A stretch of DNA of 64,000 nucleotides from an uncultured delta proteobacterium (GTDB lineage: Bacteria; Myxococcota_A; Polyangia; Haliangiales; Haliangiaceae), in the NCBI GenBank assembly GCA_963848295.1, contig CAWKDB010000011.1, forward strand, positions 608,001-672,000, given 5' to 3'. The position numbers and the translations under genes were made by a program. Below are positions 43,307 through 56,885 of this stretch, in pieces (the stretch's first letter is position 1; every line of letters begins with the position of its first letter). The notes below the pieces were generated by a model. The model saw only the letters and a list, made by a program, of their open reading frames with translations. It searched no databases and was not told the origin of the DNA.

Positions 43307-44016
43307 GCCGAGGCGGCTCCGCCGAGCAACTGCACGACTGCGGCCTCGAGCGAGCCTTGCTCGGTCTGTTCGCGCAGCGCGGCCGGCGTCGCGACCGCGA
43401 CGAGCTCACCGCGGCGCAACACCGCGACGCGAGTCGCGAGTGGCTCGAGGTCGGTCACCGCGTGACTCGAGACCACGACCGCGCGATCGCGCGCTGCCGC
43501 GACGAGGTGCTGGCGCAGCTCGCGGACCTGGATCGGATCCATGCCGCTGGTCGGCTCGTCGAGCACGAGCAGCGGTGGCTCGCCGAGCAACGCGTCCGCC
43601 AGCCCGACGCGCTGGCGGAAGCCCTTCGACAGCGTCGCGATCCGCTGGCCGGCGCGCTCGGTGATCGCGACCGCGGCCATGACGCGTGACACTGCGGCGT
43701 CATCGCAACCCTTCAAGCGTGCCCGCAGCGTGAGGTGGGCTCGGACGTCGAGCTCGCCCGGCGCGGGCGCTTGCTCGGGCAGATAGCCGAGCCGGCGTTG
43801 CGCGCGCCCGCGCGGCGCGGCCATCGCGATCCCGTCGACCGTCACGCTGCCGGCATCGGCGTCGAGGTAGCCGGTCGCGATCCGCAGCAGCGTCGTCTTG
43901 CCCGCGCCGTTCTCGCCGACGAGCAGCACCGCTTCGCCGCGCGCGACCTCGAGCGACACGCCCGCGAGCGCGCGGCGCGCGCCGAACGCCTTCGAGATGC
44001 CGACGAGCGCGAGCAC
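43303..44016 (-). CDS. ABC transporter ATP-binding protein (GldA-like)
   Basis: GENGAGKTT; LSKGFRQRVGLA; LDEPTSGMDP; SSH. Confidence 0.93.
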   Translation of the reverse strand: MLALVGISKAFGARRALAGVSLEVARGEAVLLVGENGAGKTTLLRIATGYLDADAGSVTVDGIAMAAPRGRAQRRLGYLPEQAPAPGELDVRAHLTLRARLKGCDDAAVSRVMAAVAITERAGQRIATLSKGFRQRVGLADALLGEPPLLVLDEPTSGMDPIQVRELRQHLVAAARDRAVVVSSHAVTDLEPLATRVAVLRRGELVAVATPAALREQTEQGSLEAAVVQLLGGAASA

Positions 44017-44067
44017 GCCGCGAAGCTTAGCGCGCCCTCGGGCCGTGCGACGGTGTAGGTTCTGCGC

Positions 44068-44493
44068 ATGTCGAGACCGGCGGCGATCGCGATCCTCGCG
44101 CTGGTGGCGGCGTGCTACGGCGCTGAGAGTGATCGCTCGTCGAGCCACGGCTCTGCAAATCGGGAGGCCCCGATCTCGGCTCGGCGGCCCACCGACAAGG
44201 CGTTCGCAGCGATGACCGCCGACGAGCGTTGCGGCGCCACGTTCGAGCGCGCAGCGCCGTGCATCGACGACGTGCTCGCCGCGTCGATCGGTCAGGCCCT
44301 CGATCCGGGCCTCGGGGCTCAGGTCGGCTCGGCGTTCGAGCGCTCTGCGCCCGCCAGCGTCAGGGAACAACGAATCATCCACCGGAACCTGTGCGCGGGC
44401 ACCCGCGAATACGCGAGCGCGTTGATGGCGTGCTGGGACCGCGTCGGCTGCAAGGCGCTCGCGGCCTGCGTCTATCCGGCCCAGCCGAAGTAA
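44068..44493 (+). CDS. Hypothetical Cys-rich lipoprotein
   Basis: LVAAC lipobox; several spaced Cys residues. Confidence 0.6.
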   Translation: MSRPAAIAILALVAACYGAESDRSSSHGSANREAPISARRPTDKAFAAMTADERCGATFERAAPCIDDVLAASIGQALDPGLGAQVGSAFERSAPASVREQRIIHRNLCAGTREYASALMACWDRVGCKALAACVYPAQPK

Positions 44494-44496
44494 GCG

Positions 44497-46297
44497 CTAG
44501 CCGTCGCCATCGGTCGGTCGCTGGATCGGCAGGCGGATCGTGAACGTCGTGCCGCCCGGCCCTGAGTCGCAGCGGATCGTGCCGTGATGATCGTCGACGA
44601 TCTTCTTGACGATCGCGAGGCCGAGACCGGTGCCGCCCTTCTTGCCGGTCGAGAACAGCTCGAACAGCCGGCCCTGGAGCGCGGGTGGAATGCCGGCGCC
44701 GGTGTCCGCGACGGACCACACGAGCTCGTCGCCTTCGCGCTCGATCTTGACGCGGAGGTGGCCGCCCTCGGGCATCGCGTCGATCGCGTTGCTCGCGAGG
44801 TTGTGGAACACGCGCAGAAACTTCTGTTCGTCGAAGTAGGCGACGCCGTCGAACTTCATGTCGACTGCGAAGTCGATGCCGCGGCCGCTCGTCGCCGCCC
44901 CGAGCTGCGTCGTCAGCTCCTCGACGAACCGGTTGACGTAGACCTTGCGGACCACGAGGTCGGTGTCGCCGCGCGCGAACGTCAGCACCTCGCGCGTCAT
45001 GCCGGCGAGCAGATCGAACTGGCGTTGGATCTGCTCGACGTACTTGTCGCGTTGCTCCGCTTCGTCCGCCGCCGCCATCAGCTGCGCGTAGCCCGAGATG
45101 ATCGTCATCGGCGTCTTCAGATCGTGCAACAGGCCCGCGAGCATCTGGCCGATCGACGCGAGGCGATCGCGGCTCTCTTGTTCGCTGCGCCGGCGCGCGC
45201 GCCCGATCGCGCCGGCGGCTTGCGCGGCGATCAGCACGAGCAGCTTGAGATCGTCGTCGGCCCAAGCGCCTTCTCCATCGCGCACGCGCTTGCGTTGATC
45301 GATGATCTCGATGCCGCCGATCACGTCGTCGCCGTCGATCAACGGCGCGACCATCAGGTGTTGCGGCACGACGCCGGCTTCGCGCGCGACATCCGCGGCG
45401 TGGCGCGGATCGTTCGCCGGATCGGCGACGACCAGCGGCGTGCGATGGGCGATCGACCAGCCGAGGATCCCGGTGCCGTGCGGCAGCGTGCGCTCGATCA
45501 GCCGCGGCGCCGCCGGACCTTGCACGGTGCGAAACCGGAGCGCGCCGTCGGCTTCGTTGAGCGCGATCGAGCCGGCGCCGCCGCCGAGCACGGCGATCGC
45601 GCGCGCGAGGATACGCGACAGCAAGTCGTCGAGATCGAACGCGACCACGAGCTCTTTCTCGACCTGATACAGCGCATCGAGCTCGCGGCTGCGCCGTTCG
45701 AGGTCGCGCCGCGCGTGGACGAGCTCTTGGTTTTGCGTGACCAGCGAGTGATACAGCCGGGCGTTCTCGATCGCGATCGCGGCTTGGCTCGCGAGCGCGG
45801 TCATCAGATCTTCGTCGGCCGCGGTGAACGGGCCATCGTGCTTGTTCAGCACCTGCAGCACGCCGACGAGCACGCCGAGCGCACCGAGCATCGGCACGCT
45901 GAGGATCGACCGCGTGCGATAGCCGCTCTTCAAGTCGAACGCCGGCTGGAACCGTTGATCGGCGTACGCGTCGGGGATGTTCGTCACCTCGCGGGTCTGC
46001 GCGACCCACCCGGCAACGCCCTCGCCGAGCGCGAGCTTGATCTCGACCGCCGCGCCGCCCTGCACGACCTTCGACCACAGGTGTTGACCGTCCTCGGTCA
46101 AGAGGTACAGCGTCGACCGATCCGCTTCCATCAAAGCGGTCGTCTTCTCCATGATCAGACGCGAGCAGCGCGTCGAGCTCGCCCACCGTCGACAGCGCCC
46201 GGCTGACATCCTGGACGAGCGCGAACTTCTTCTGCTCGCGGGTCAGGGCGGCTTCGAGCGCGTGAGGCGCGCTTGCCAATCCCTGACCATCCGACAT
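44497..46297 (-). CDS. Double-GAF sensor histidine kinase, apparent frameshift near 46160
   Basis: Two GAF domains ([21 protein letters not shown]); H-box [29 protein letters not shown]. The first ~45 codons are in a different frame. Confidence 0.88.
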
Positions 46298-46353
46298 GTC
46301 GGCCATCGTACACGACCACGCGGCGCGCTGCCCGTCGCTGCGCGCGCCGGACC

Positions 46354-47622
46354 CTACTCCATGCCGCGGCGGCGCAGGTCGTCCTCGTCCAGGCCCTCGA
46401 GGTGGCCGATCTCGTGCAACAGCGTGTCGCGGATCTGCTCGCTGAGCTCGGCGCGGGTCTTGACCGCGCGCGCGAGGTTCTTGCGATAGAGCACGATCGA
46501 CGGCGGGTCCTCGCCGGGCGCGACCGCGCGTCCGACCGGCCCGCGGTAGAGCCCGAGGATCGTCGGCGGGAACGGCGGGCTGACCGCCTTGAGATCCGCT
46601 GGATCCGGTAAGTCGGAGATCTCGATCTTGATCGCGCGAACCCGCGCGCGCCGGTCCGCCGGCAGCGCGTTCACGTCGTCGTCGACCTCGCGCTGGAACT
46701 CGTCGAACGACACCATCACCGCGGGCGAGATCTCGTTCGGCGCGAGCTCGATCGCGCGGTGGAGCTCGACCTCGGCGTCGGTCTGATCCCCGAGCTGCTC
46801 GAGCGTGAGCCCGTACATCTGGTGGGTATACGCATCGTCGGGCTGCAGGCCGAGCGCCTTCTCGAACGCGGCCTTGGCCTCGGCGAACCGGGACAGATCG
46901 AACAGCGCGACGCCCTTCTCGTGGAGCGCGTCACCGCGCGCCGGTGCGAGGTGCAAGGCCGCGTCGATCCGCTCGAGCGCCTCGTCGCTGCGTCCGAGGT
47001 CGTTGAGCGCTTGACCCTCGAGGATCGCGAGATCAGCCGCGAGTGGCGCGTTGCGCCGGCGTCGGGCGAGCGCCCGGCGGCTGCCGCGCTGTGCGAGCTC
47101 GAGGCCGAGCCGGATCGCGTCGCGACCGCGCTCGCCCTTGCCGTTGATGTAGAAGTCGGAGACCGCGCGCAGCGTCTCCGGGTCGTCGGGATCGAGCGCG
47201 AGCGCGAGCGAGTACGCGGTCTGCGCATCGGCGTCGCGACCGAGCGCGGCGAGCGCGGCTCCGCGCAGGTGCTGGGCCTCGACCGAGTCTGGCGCGAGAT
47301 CGGCGGCCCGATCCGCGCAGGTCCACGCCGCAGAGTAGGCGGCCTGTTCGATCTGCTTCTCGGCTTCATCGAGCAGAGCCGACAACCGGGTGTCGTCGTC
47401 CGCGGTGTCCGGAATCTTCGCCGGACACTCCACCACCTGCTCTTCGTGGTGCGGGCGGACCACCGCGCCTTCGACCATGCTGCCGGGTTTCGATGGCACG
47501 GGCGCCGCGGTCGCCGCGGCTGCATTCGCGGTCGGCGCGGCACTGGCGGTGCGCTTGTCGGGCGCGGTCGACTGCCCGCCACAAGCGGCGACGACGGCGA
47601 CCAGCGCGACAGCGATCCGCAT
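46354..47622 (-). CDS. TPR-repeat lipoprotein with C-terminal minimal zincin metallopeptidase
   Basis: VAAC lipobox; TPR repeats; ILGLYRG..IVLYRKNL..TLLHEIGHLEGLDEDDL. Confidence 0.9.
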   Translation of the reverse strand: MRIAVALVAVVAACGGQSTAPDKRTASAAPTANAAAATAAPVPSKPGSMVEGAVVRPHHEEQVVECPAKIPDTADDDTRLSALLDEAEKQIEQAAYSAAWTCADRAADLAPDSVEAQHLRGAALAALGRDADAQTAYSLALALDPDDPETLRAVSDFYINGKGERGRDAIRLGLELAQRGSRRALARRRRNAPLAADLAILEGQALNDLGRSDEALERIDAALHLAPARGDALHEKGVALFDLSRFAEAKAAFEKALGLQPDDAYTHQMYGLTLEQLGDQTDAEVELHRAIELAPNEISPAVMVSFDEFQREVDDDVNALPADRRARVRAIKIEISDLPDPADLKAVSPPFPPTILGLYRGPVGRAVAPGEDPPSIVLYRKNLARAVKTRAELSEQIRDTLLHEIGHLEGLDEDDLRRRGME

Positions 47623-47764
47623 CAGCGCAAGGATACCCTCGGTCGGGCTGCCACGCGAAACCTGCTACCCGCTTCAAGCGAAAGGGAGCGTTTTTCCCCG
47701 CCGCCGCCACCGTAGCCTCGCCAACCGCGCTCTCGCGCCGCGGCTTGGTGTTACGGTACGAGCG

Positions 47765-48328
47765 ATGACGGCCGGCACCGAGATCTGGCATGTCGTGGAA
47801 GCTCGGCGCGACGATGGCGCGCCCACCACGTTCCGCATCCGCGAGCTCGAACCGAACGCGGAGCTCGCGACGATCTTCGTCGCCGAGCTGACTTACCCGA
47901 CGACCGAGCTGTCGCGGATGCCCTGCGCCGCCGACTACCGCGCCCTCGCCCGCTTCGAAGACGAGTGGTTGCGACCAGCGTGTGCGGCGCTGGGGTGGGT
48001 TCCAGTAGGTGTGAAGATCGAAGATGGCTCGTTCTTCATCTACGCCTATGGCTCTGGCGATCCCCGGTCGTTTGCCGAGAAGCTCGGTGGGTTCGGCGCC
48101 ACCCTCGTGTTCTACGACGACCACGATCCCGACTGGGGCGAGTACGCGACGCTGCGCGAGCTGCTCGAGCAAGCTCAGACGATCGAGCCCGAGCCGCCGC
48201 ATGCGGCCAAGGCCAAGCCGAAGGCGACGACGCCGATCGCCAAGCCGAAGCCGAAGCCGAAGGTCAAACCGAAGCGAGCCGCAAAGCCGAAACCCAAGGC
48301 GAAGGCGAAGCGCAAGGAGTCGCGCTAG
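47765..48328 (+). CDS. DUF695-like protein with Lys/Pro/Ala-rich tail
   Basis: MP..DY..LARFED..DPDWGEY; tail AKAKPKA..KPKPKPKVKPKRAAKPKPKAKAKRK. Confidence 0.65.
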   Translation: MTAGTEIWHVVEARRDDGAPTTFRIRELEPNAELATIFVAELTYPTTELSRMPCAADYRALARFEDEWLRPACAALGWVPVGVKIEDGSFFIYAYGSGDPRSFAEKLGGFGATLVFYDDHDPDWGEYATLRELLEQAQTIEPEPPHAAKAKPKATTPIAKPKPKPKVKPKRAAKPKPKAKAKRKESR

Positions 48329-51078
48329 GCGTCGGCCCAGGTCGGGCCGTGGCCGACGTCGACCTCGATCGGGACGTCGAGCTTGTAGACGTTCTCCATC
48401 TCGTGCTTGATCGCGGCGCTGACCTCGTCGGCGATCCGCGGCGGTGATTCGAACACCAGCTCGTCATGGACGGTGAGCAGCATCTGCACCGGCCAGCGCT
48501 CCTTCGCGATCCGCTCGGCGGTGCGCAGCATGGCGAGCTTGATCAGATCGGCGCCCGTGCCTTGCATCGGCGTGTTCTGAGCGACGCGCTCGGCGGCATG
48601 GCGTGCCGCCGGGCTCTTCGACATCAAATTCGGGATCGGCCGCCACCTGCCGAGCACCGTGCGAGCCCCGCCCTGCGCGCGCGCGACCGCGACGATGTCA
48701 TCCATGAACTTGTGGATCGTCGGGAACCGCTGAAAGTACCGCCGCGAGTACTCGGCCGCCTGCGAGCGCGAGACGTCGAGCGCCTTCGCGAGCCCGAAGT
48801 CGCTCTGGCCGTAGCTCAGGCCGTAGTTGACCGCCTTGGCGACCCGACGTTGCTCCGGCGTCACCGCTTCGCGCGCGACCCCAAACACCTCGGCGGCGGT
48901 CTGGGCGTGAACGTCGACGCGATCGCGAAACGCGCCGGACAACACCGGATCGCCGGACAGGTGGGCCAGGATCCGCAGCTCGATCTGCGAGTAATCGGCC
49001 GCGATCAACACGCACCCGGGAGCCGCGACAAACCCGCGGCGGATCCGCGCGCCGAGCTCGCTGCGAATCGGAATGTTCTGGAGGTTCGGATCCTGCGACG
49101 AGATCCGGCCGGTCTCGGCGACGACCTGGTTGAACGTCGTGTGGACGCGGCCGGTCTTCGGATAGATCAACGGCGGCAACGCATCGAGATAGGTGCCCTT
49201 GAGCTTCGAGATCTCGCGGTGCTCGAGGATCGGGGCGATGATCGGGTGGTCGAGCTGCTCGAGCGTGTCGGCCTCGGTCGACCAGCCGGTCTTCGTGCGG
49301 CGCACGCCCTTGGTGTCGAGCCGCAGCTTCTCGAACAACAGCTCGCCGAGCTGTTTCGGCGAGCCGACGTTGAGGTGCATGCCGGCGAGCTCGAAGATCT
49401 GGCGCTCGAGCTCGACGAGCTTCGCGCCGACCTCGGTCGACAGCGCCTTGAAGTGCGCGACGTCGATGTGGATGCCGACCCGCTCGACCTGCGCGAGCAG
49501 CTTCGCGACCGGGAGCTCGATGTCGCGATAGAGCGGTGCGAGCCCACCGGCGCCGAGTCGTTCCGGCAGCTCGCTCGCGATCGGCAACAGCGCGTTCGCG
49601 ATCGCGCCCGCCCACGGCGCCGCCCGTTCGACCGCGACCGCTTCGAGGCTGTGCTTGCCGCGCCCGGCGAGCGTCGCGCGCTCTGGCAACAATACGCCGG
49701 CGAGCCGCTGCGCGACCGCTTCGCCGGGCTCGGCCTCGGCGGTCGGATCGAGCAAGAATGCCGCGAGCATCGTATCGTCGACGACCCCCGACACCGTGAC
49801 GCCGATATCCGCGAACGCGCGGATCACCATCTTCGCGTCGTGGCAGACCTTGCCGATCGTCGGATCGCCGAGCACCTGATAGATCGGCGCGAGATCGACG
49901 TCGGGTGGCGGCGCGGGCGCCCCGATGTAGCGGTGCGCGAGCGGGATGTACGCCGGCGATCGCCCGGGCACCGAGATCACGATCGCGACCATGCGCGCGC
50001 GCTCGGCGCGCTCGGGATCGAGCTCGACCAGGAGGCCGATCTTGTCCGCCGTGCGCACCGAATCGGCGAGCTCGATGATCGCGACCGGGCCGGTGATGAT
50101 CCGCGTGTCTCGCGCGGCGGCGACGGTCGCGACCTGGGTCGCCTCGGGCGCGGGCACGATCACCACGTCGTCGCCCGGCGGCATCCGGATCTTGACCTTG
50201 TCGACGAGCAGCGCGAACTCGAGCTCGGTAAAGAGCTGGAGCAGCTCCTCGAGGTTCCACGAGCCCGCGACGAGATCCTCGAGCTTCGTCGGCAGCGGCA
50301 CGTTGCGACGGAGCTCGACGAGCTGGCGCGACATCATCACGCGTTGCAGTTGCTCGGGATCGCTGAACGGGTGCTTGACCGCGAGGCGCGGCACCGGCGG
50401 ATCTGCCGCGATCAGCTGCTCGAGCGTGCCGTAGCGATCGAGCAACGTCGCCGCGGTCTTGTCGCCGACGCCCTTGATGCCGGGGACGTTGTCGCTCGTG
50501 TCGCCGACGAGCGCGAGAAAGTCCGGAATCTTTTCCGGCGGCACGCCCATCTTCTTGATGACCTCTTCGCGCGTATACGTCTTCTGGTGCAGCGCATCGA
50601 TCATCGTGACGCCGTCGCCGATGAGCTGCATCATGTCCTTGTCGGCGGAGTACATGACGACGTCCCAGCCCCGCTGGCGCGCCTCGGTCACGAGCGTCGC
50701 GATCACGTCGTCGGCCTCGACCCCGGCCACCGCGATCGTGGGCCAGCCGAGCCCCGCGACGATCTTCGCGAAGTAGTCCATCTGGATCACGAGCTCTTCC
50801 GGGGTGTCCTTGCGGTTCGCCTTGTACTGCGCGTACATCTCGGAGCGGAACGTGCGCTTGCCGGACTTGTCGTCGAACACGACCACGATCCGCTCGGGGT
50901 GCGTGTCCTCTTCGAGCCGCATCAGCATCCGCGCGAACACGTAGAGCGCGCCGGTCGGCATGCCCTCCGCCGTCGACAACCTGACCTCTTTGCGCTCGCC
51001 GCGCGAGACGTTCATCAGTCCGTAGTGCGCGCGAAAGATGTAGCCGTGGCCATCGACGATGTAGAGGCGCTCCGGCAC
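48325..51078 (-). CDS. polA: DNA polymerase I
   Basis: 5'-exonuclease DGHGYIFRAHY, YKANR, EADD, GDTSDNVPG; polymerase TGRISSQDPNLQNIP, DYSQIELR, AKAVNYG, TVHDEL. Confidence 0.97.
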   Translation of the reverse strand: MPERLYIVDGHGYIFRAHYGLMNVSRGERKEVRLSTAEGMPTGALYVFARMLMRLEEDTHPERIVVVFDDKSGKRTFRSEMYAQYKANRKDTPEELVIQMDYFAKIVAGLGWPTIAVAGVEADDVIATLVTEARQRGWDVVMYSADKDMMQLIGDGVTMIDALHQKTYTREEVIKKMGVPPEKIPDFLALVGDTSDNVPGIKGVGDKTAATLLDRYGTLEQLIAADPPVPRLAVKHPFSDPEQLQRVMMSRQLVELRRNVPLPTKLEDLVAGSWNLEELLQLFTELEFALLVDKVKIRMPPGDDVVIVPAPEATQVATVAAARDTRIITGPVAIIELADSVRTADKIGLLVELDPERAERARMVAIVISVPGRSPAYIPLAHRYIGAPAPPPDVDLAPIYQVLGDPTIGKVCHDAKMVIRAFADIGVTVSGVVDDTMLAAFLLDPTAEAEPGEAVAQRLAGVLLPERATLAGRGKHSLEAVAVERAAPWAGAIANALLPIASELPERLGAGGLAPLYRDIELPVAKLLAQVERVGIHIDVAHFKALSTEVGAKLVELERQIFELAGMHLNVGSPKQLGELLFEKLRLDTKGVRRTKTGWSTEADTLEQLDHPIIAPILEHREISKLKGTYLDALPPLIYPKTGRVHTTFNQVVAETGRISSQDPNLQNIPIRSELGARIRRGFVAAPGCVLIAADYSQIELRILAHLSGDPVLSGAFRDRVDVHAQTAAEVFGVAREAVTPEQRRVAKAVNYGLSYGQSDFGLAKALDVSRSQAAEYSRRYFQRFPTIHKFMDDIVAVARAQGGARTVLGRWRPIPNLMSKSPAARHAAERVAQNTPMQGTGADLIKLAMLRTAERIAKERWPVQMLLTVHDELVFESPPRIADEVSAAIKHEMENVYKLDVPIEVDVGHGPTWADA

Positions 51079-51084
51079 GCCCGC

Positions 51085-51101
51085 ACTCTAGCGTGTAAGA
51101 T
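51085..51101. promoter_or_regulatory. Back-to-back -10-like hexamers for divergent polA and plsX
   Basis: TAGAGT (minus strand, 51090-51085) 6 nt before the polA GTG; TAAGAT (51096-51101) 6 nt before the plsX ATG; no SD motif in the 29-bp gap. Confidence 0.55.
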
Positions 51102-51107
51102 GACGGC

Positions 51108-52160
51108 ATGCACCGGATCGTCGTCGACGCTATGGGTGGCGATCACGCGCCGGACGAGATCGTCGCTGGTGCCGCCGAGGCGTCGCTCGCGTTGCCGGGC
51201 TCCGAGATCATCCTCGTCGGCGACGCCGCGGTGCTTGGCCGACTGTTGCCACGGCTGCGCCACGACGGCGCGCGCGTCCGGGTTCACCATGCGCCGAGCT
51301 TCGTCGAGATGGACGAAAAGCCATCCGAGGCGCTCGCGGCCAAGCCCGAAGCGTCGATCGCGGTCGCCGCGGACTTGGTGGCGCGCGGCGAAGGCGATGC
51401 GCTGGTCTCGGCCGGCAACACCGGCGCGTCGGTGCTCGCGTGCGCGCGGCGCTGGCCGTTGCTCGACGGCGTGCGCCGGGCCGCGCTCGCGGCCGTCTAT
51501 CCGACCGAGCTCCGCCGCGGCGAGAAAGACGACCCGTTCTCGCTGATCCTCGACGTCGGTGCGACGATCGACGCGACACCCGAGGATCTCGTCGGGTTCG
51601 CGGTGATGGGCTCGGCGTATGCGAAGCTCGTGTCGCAAAACCGTCGCCCCCGCGTCGCGCTGCTGTCGAACGGCAGCGAAGCCGGCAAAGGACCGCCCGA
51701 GATCGTCGCCGCGCACACCGCGCTCGTCGAGGCGACCGAGCTCAACTTCATCGGCAACATCGAGGGCGTCGACATCCCGCGCGGCGTCGCCGATGTCGTG
51801 GTCACGAGCGGGTTCGTCGGCAACGTCGTGCTCAAGATGCTCGAGGGTGTGTCCGAGACGGTCGTCAGGCTCGCGCGCTACGCGCACAAGGAGCGGCTCG
51901 CGTGGCGACTCGGGTTGCTCGCGCTGTCGTCTGCGATCGACCAGCTCAAGAGCATCACCGACTGGCAGCAATACGGCGGCGCGCCGCTCTTGGGGTTCGC
52001 GCATCCGTTCATCAAGGCGCACGGTCGCTCGAACGCGCGCGCGGTCCAGAACGCGATCAAGGTCGCGCACAAGGCGCTCGCCGGCAACCTCACCGGCAAC
52101 ATCGCGCGCACGATGGCCGAGCTCGATGACCGCGCGAAGCGACGCGCCGCGGGCGAGTAG
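51108..52160 (+). CDS. plsX: Phosphate acyltransferase
   Basis: VDAMGGDHAP; SAGNTGA; LDVGA; GSEAGKG; FIGNIEG; GFVGNVVLK; YGGAPLLG; KAHGRS. Confidence 0.96.
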   Translation: MHRIVVDAMGGDHAPDEIVAGAAEASLALPGSEIILVGDAAVLGRLLPRLRHDGARVRVHHAPSFVEMDEKPSEALAAKPEASIAVAADLVARGEGDALVSAGNTGASVLACARRWPLLDGVRRAALAAVYPTELRRGEKDDPFSLILDVGATIDATPEDLVGFAVMGSAYAKLVSQNRRPRVALLSNGSEAGKGPPEIVAAHTALVEATELNFIGNIEGVDIPRGVADVVVTSGFVGNVVLKMLEGVSETVVRLARYAHKERLAWRLGLLALSSAIDQLKSITDWQQYGGAPLLGFAHPFIKAHGRSNARAVQNAIKVAHKALAGNLTGNIARTMAELDDRAKRRAAGE

Positions 52161-52211
52161 CGCGATCGCCGGCGAGCTCGGCGCGCCTCAGCCGCCCAGG
52201 CCGGTCGGAGC

Positions 52212-52670
52212 CTACGGCGCCGCCGCGGGTGCGACCGGCGCACTCCCCGGTGGGGTGGTCGACTGATCGGAGCGCGAGCTCAGCCGCCAGTCGTAGTGGT
52301 CCCCGCCGAGCAGGTACTGGTAGACCGCGCTCCTGCCGCAGGCGTTGACGCCGATGAGCCAGCCGGTGCCGTCGAGCGGCGTCAGCTTGACCGCGCTCGG
52401 ATCGCAGCCGAGCTCGAACCCAGCGCGCGTCTGCAGATCCTGCATCGGGAAGCACTGCTCGCCGCCGAGAGGGAACGTGCCGCAGGTCACCATCTTGGTC
52501 CGGCCGCAGCCGGCGGCGATATCGGTGTCGCCCGCGAATGGCGACAGCTGGATCTGCGTCGCCGGGCACTTCAAGAACTGCGACGCGGCGTCGATCTTGA
52601 CCTCGGCGTGCGAGTGAACGCAGCCGACACCGAGCAGCAGCATCGAGATCATGGACGGGATGGTTCGCAT
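52212..52670 (-). CDS. Hypothetical Cys-rich lipoprotein with two internal repeats
   Basis: LGVGC lipobox; repeated A..F.(L).C....L......G..GCG unit. Confidence 0.65.
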   Translation of the reverse strand: MRTIPSMISMLLLGVGCVHSHAEVKIDAASQFLKCPATQIQLSPFAGDTDIAAGCGRTKMVTCGTFPLGGEQCFPMQDLQTRAGFELGCDPSAVKLTPLDGTGWLIGVNACGRSAVYQYLLGGDHYDWRLSSRSDQSTTPPGSAPVAPAAAP

Positions 52671-52755
52671 GGCGCCCACGGTGGTCGGCGACTGTAACGT
52701 CGCTGCGTCGCCGGTGTGAAGCTGTGTGAATCGCGTTAGCGCTATACTGCACCAG

Positions 52756-53889
<1,134 letters not shown>

Positions 53890-53891
53890 CG

Positions 53892-55304
<1,413 letters not shown>

Positions 55305-55305
55305 C

Positions 55306-56244
55306 ATGAACGATCTGGCGCGATCGCGCCTGACGTTCGCGCTTGCGGTCGCAGGAGCGCTGCCCGCTTGTGGCCGGCTCCGGTTCGACGACCGCGGGGT
55401 CCGCGACGGCGCGCTCGGCGGCGATGGCGCGGGTGACTCCGCGCTCGATGCACCGCCGCCGTGCACGTTCGGTGCGTGGAGCGCCCCCGTCCACGAGACG
55501 ACGGTCAGCGCGGTCGGTTCGCTCGATTCGGGCCCGTCGATGTCGGGAGACGGCCTGTCGCTGGCGTTCGCGTCCGATCGAGAGGATGGCTCCAATCTGC
55601 GGATCTACCTCAGCGAACGGGCGACGACCGCGGACGCGTGGCCAGCGCCCACGGTGGTCTCGATCGGCGGCACCGAGGTGCTCGGCGACGACCCGCAGAT
55701 CACCGATGACGGCTTGACGCTGATGTGGACGACTGAGGGCAGTGTCGTGATCGCCACCTCGTCGCGCCCGGCGCGCGGCGGCGCCTGGGCGGCTTATCAC
55801 ACGTTGCTCGGCGACGGTGTGCTCTACACGAGCGCGCAGGCGCCGAGCCTGTCGGCCGACGGCCGGTCGCTGTACTTCACGGCGACGACGCGAGCGACCG
55901 GCCTGCTCGACATGTACGTCACCACCAGGCTTTCGACCTCGGATGGCTTTCCGAACGCGAGCGCGGTGCCCGGCGTCGATCCGGCGATCCAGGCGGAGTT
56001 CGGCTCGGTCGCGGTCGGCGGGCTCGACCTCGTCTACCAGGAGGAGGCGAGCTACGAGATCTACGAGGCGACTCGGCTCACTACGACCGATCCGTTCGGT
56101 AGCGCGATCGTGCCCGCCGTGTTCGCGGGTGATCAGACCGCGGTGGATCCCGACCTGTCGAGCGACGGCACGACGCTGTGGTACGGCTCGACGATCACGA
56201 GCAGCGACTACGACCTCTACGAGTCGACGCGACCCTGCACGTGA
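55306..56244 (+). CDS. Lipoprotein with PD40/WD40-like repeats
   Basis: LPAC lipobox; repeated [16 protein letters not shown] / [12 protein letters not shown] / [12 protein letters not shown]. Confidence 0.8.
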   Translation: MNDLARSRLTFALAVAGALPACGRLRFDDRGVRDGALGGDGAGDSALDAPPPCTFGAWSAPVHETTVSAVGSLDSGPSMSGDGLSLAFASDREDGSNLRIYLSERATTADAWPAPTVVSIGGTEVLGDDPQITDDGLTLMWTTEGSVVIATSSRPARGGAWAAYHTLLGDGVLYTSAQAPSLSADGRSLYFTATTRATGLLDMYVTTRLSTSDGFPNASAVPGVDPAIQAEFGSVAVGGLDLVYQEEASYEIYEATRLTTTDPFGSAIVPAVFAGDQTAVDPDLSSDGTTLWYGSTITSSDYDLYESTRPCT

Positions 56245-56885
56245 TCGCGCAGCCGGCGCAGTCCGAGCTCGGTCTTCGCGTCGCACAGCTCGCCGCTCAC
56301 GCACGCGGCGATCGCGGCATCGATCGCGATCCATCGCGTCGTCGCGCCCTCCTCCATTGGCGAGCCGTCGCCGGCGGGCTCGCGCTGCGCGCTCGGATCG
56401 ACCTCGACCGCGGCGAAGTACAGCTTCTCGACCATCGCGGGCGACGGCAACGCGCCGGCGCCGAGCAGCTCGATCGCGCCCGGATCGACGGCGAAGCCCG
56501 CTTCTTCGAGCACCTCGGCGGCCGCTCGCTCGCGCAGCCCCTCGACGCCGCGGTCACCGACCTCGACGATGCCGGCGACGAGCTCGGTCAACATGAGCCG
56601 CGGCGCTGGCTCGGCAAGCGGTGCGCGCTTCGGATCGCGAGCGAGCGCGATCGCGGGCCGCAAGCCATCGCGGAGGAGCACGCGCAGCTCGCCGCCGACG
56701 TTCGTGTAGACCGCGACGACGACCGCGTCTTGGCCATAGGGCCGCACGATCGCGTCGCAGATGTACGGCTCGGACATCGAGCCGTCGCCGCGGCGATTGC
56801 GCAGGTGCAAGCGCCGGATCGCGAGGAACCCGCCTTCGCCGATCTGCTCGTCGTTCTCGACGATCAGCCCAACGACCGGGATCAC
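56217..56885 (-). CDS. NUDIX hydrolase (ADP-ribose pyrophosphatase-like)
   Basis: [27 protein letters not shown]. Confidence 0.85.
   Translation of the reverse strand: MIPVVGLIVENDEQIGEGGFLAIRRLHLRNRRGDGSMSEPYICDAIVRPYGQDAVVVAVYTNVGGELRVLLRDGLRPAIALARDPKRAPLAEPAPRLMLTELVAGIVEVGDRGVEGLRERAAAEVLEEAGFAVDPGAIELLGAGALPSPAMVEKLYFAAVEVDPSAQREPAGDGSPMEEGATTRWIAIDAAIAACVSGELCDAKTELGLRRLRDHVQGRVDS

Noticed and set aside
46140..46200. Programmed frameshift or pseudogene in the GAF histidine kinase
   Set aside because: Single frame change with no slippery sequence and intact domains; similar indels elsewhere point to assembly error.
48466..51546. 1026-aa plus-strand ORF and the many other long Arg/Ala-rich alternative-frame ORFs
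   Set aside because: Antisense or shadow frames of recognisable genes (here polA), expected at this GC content.
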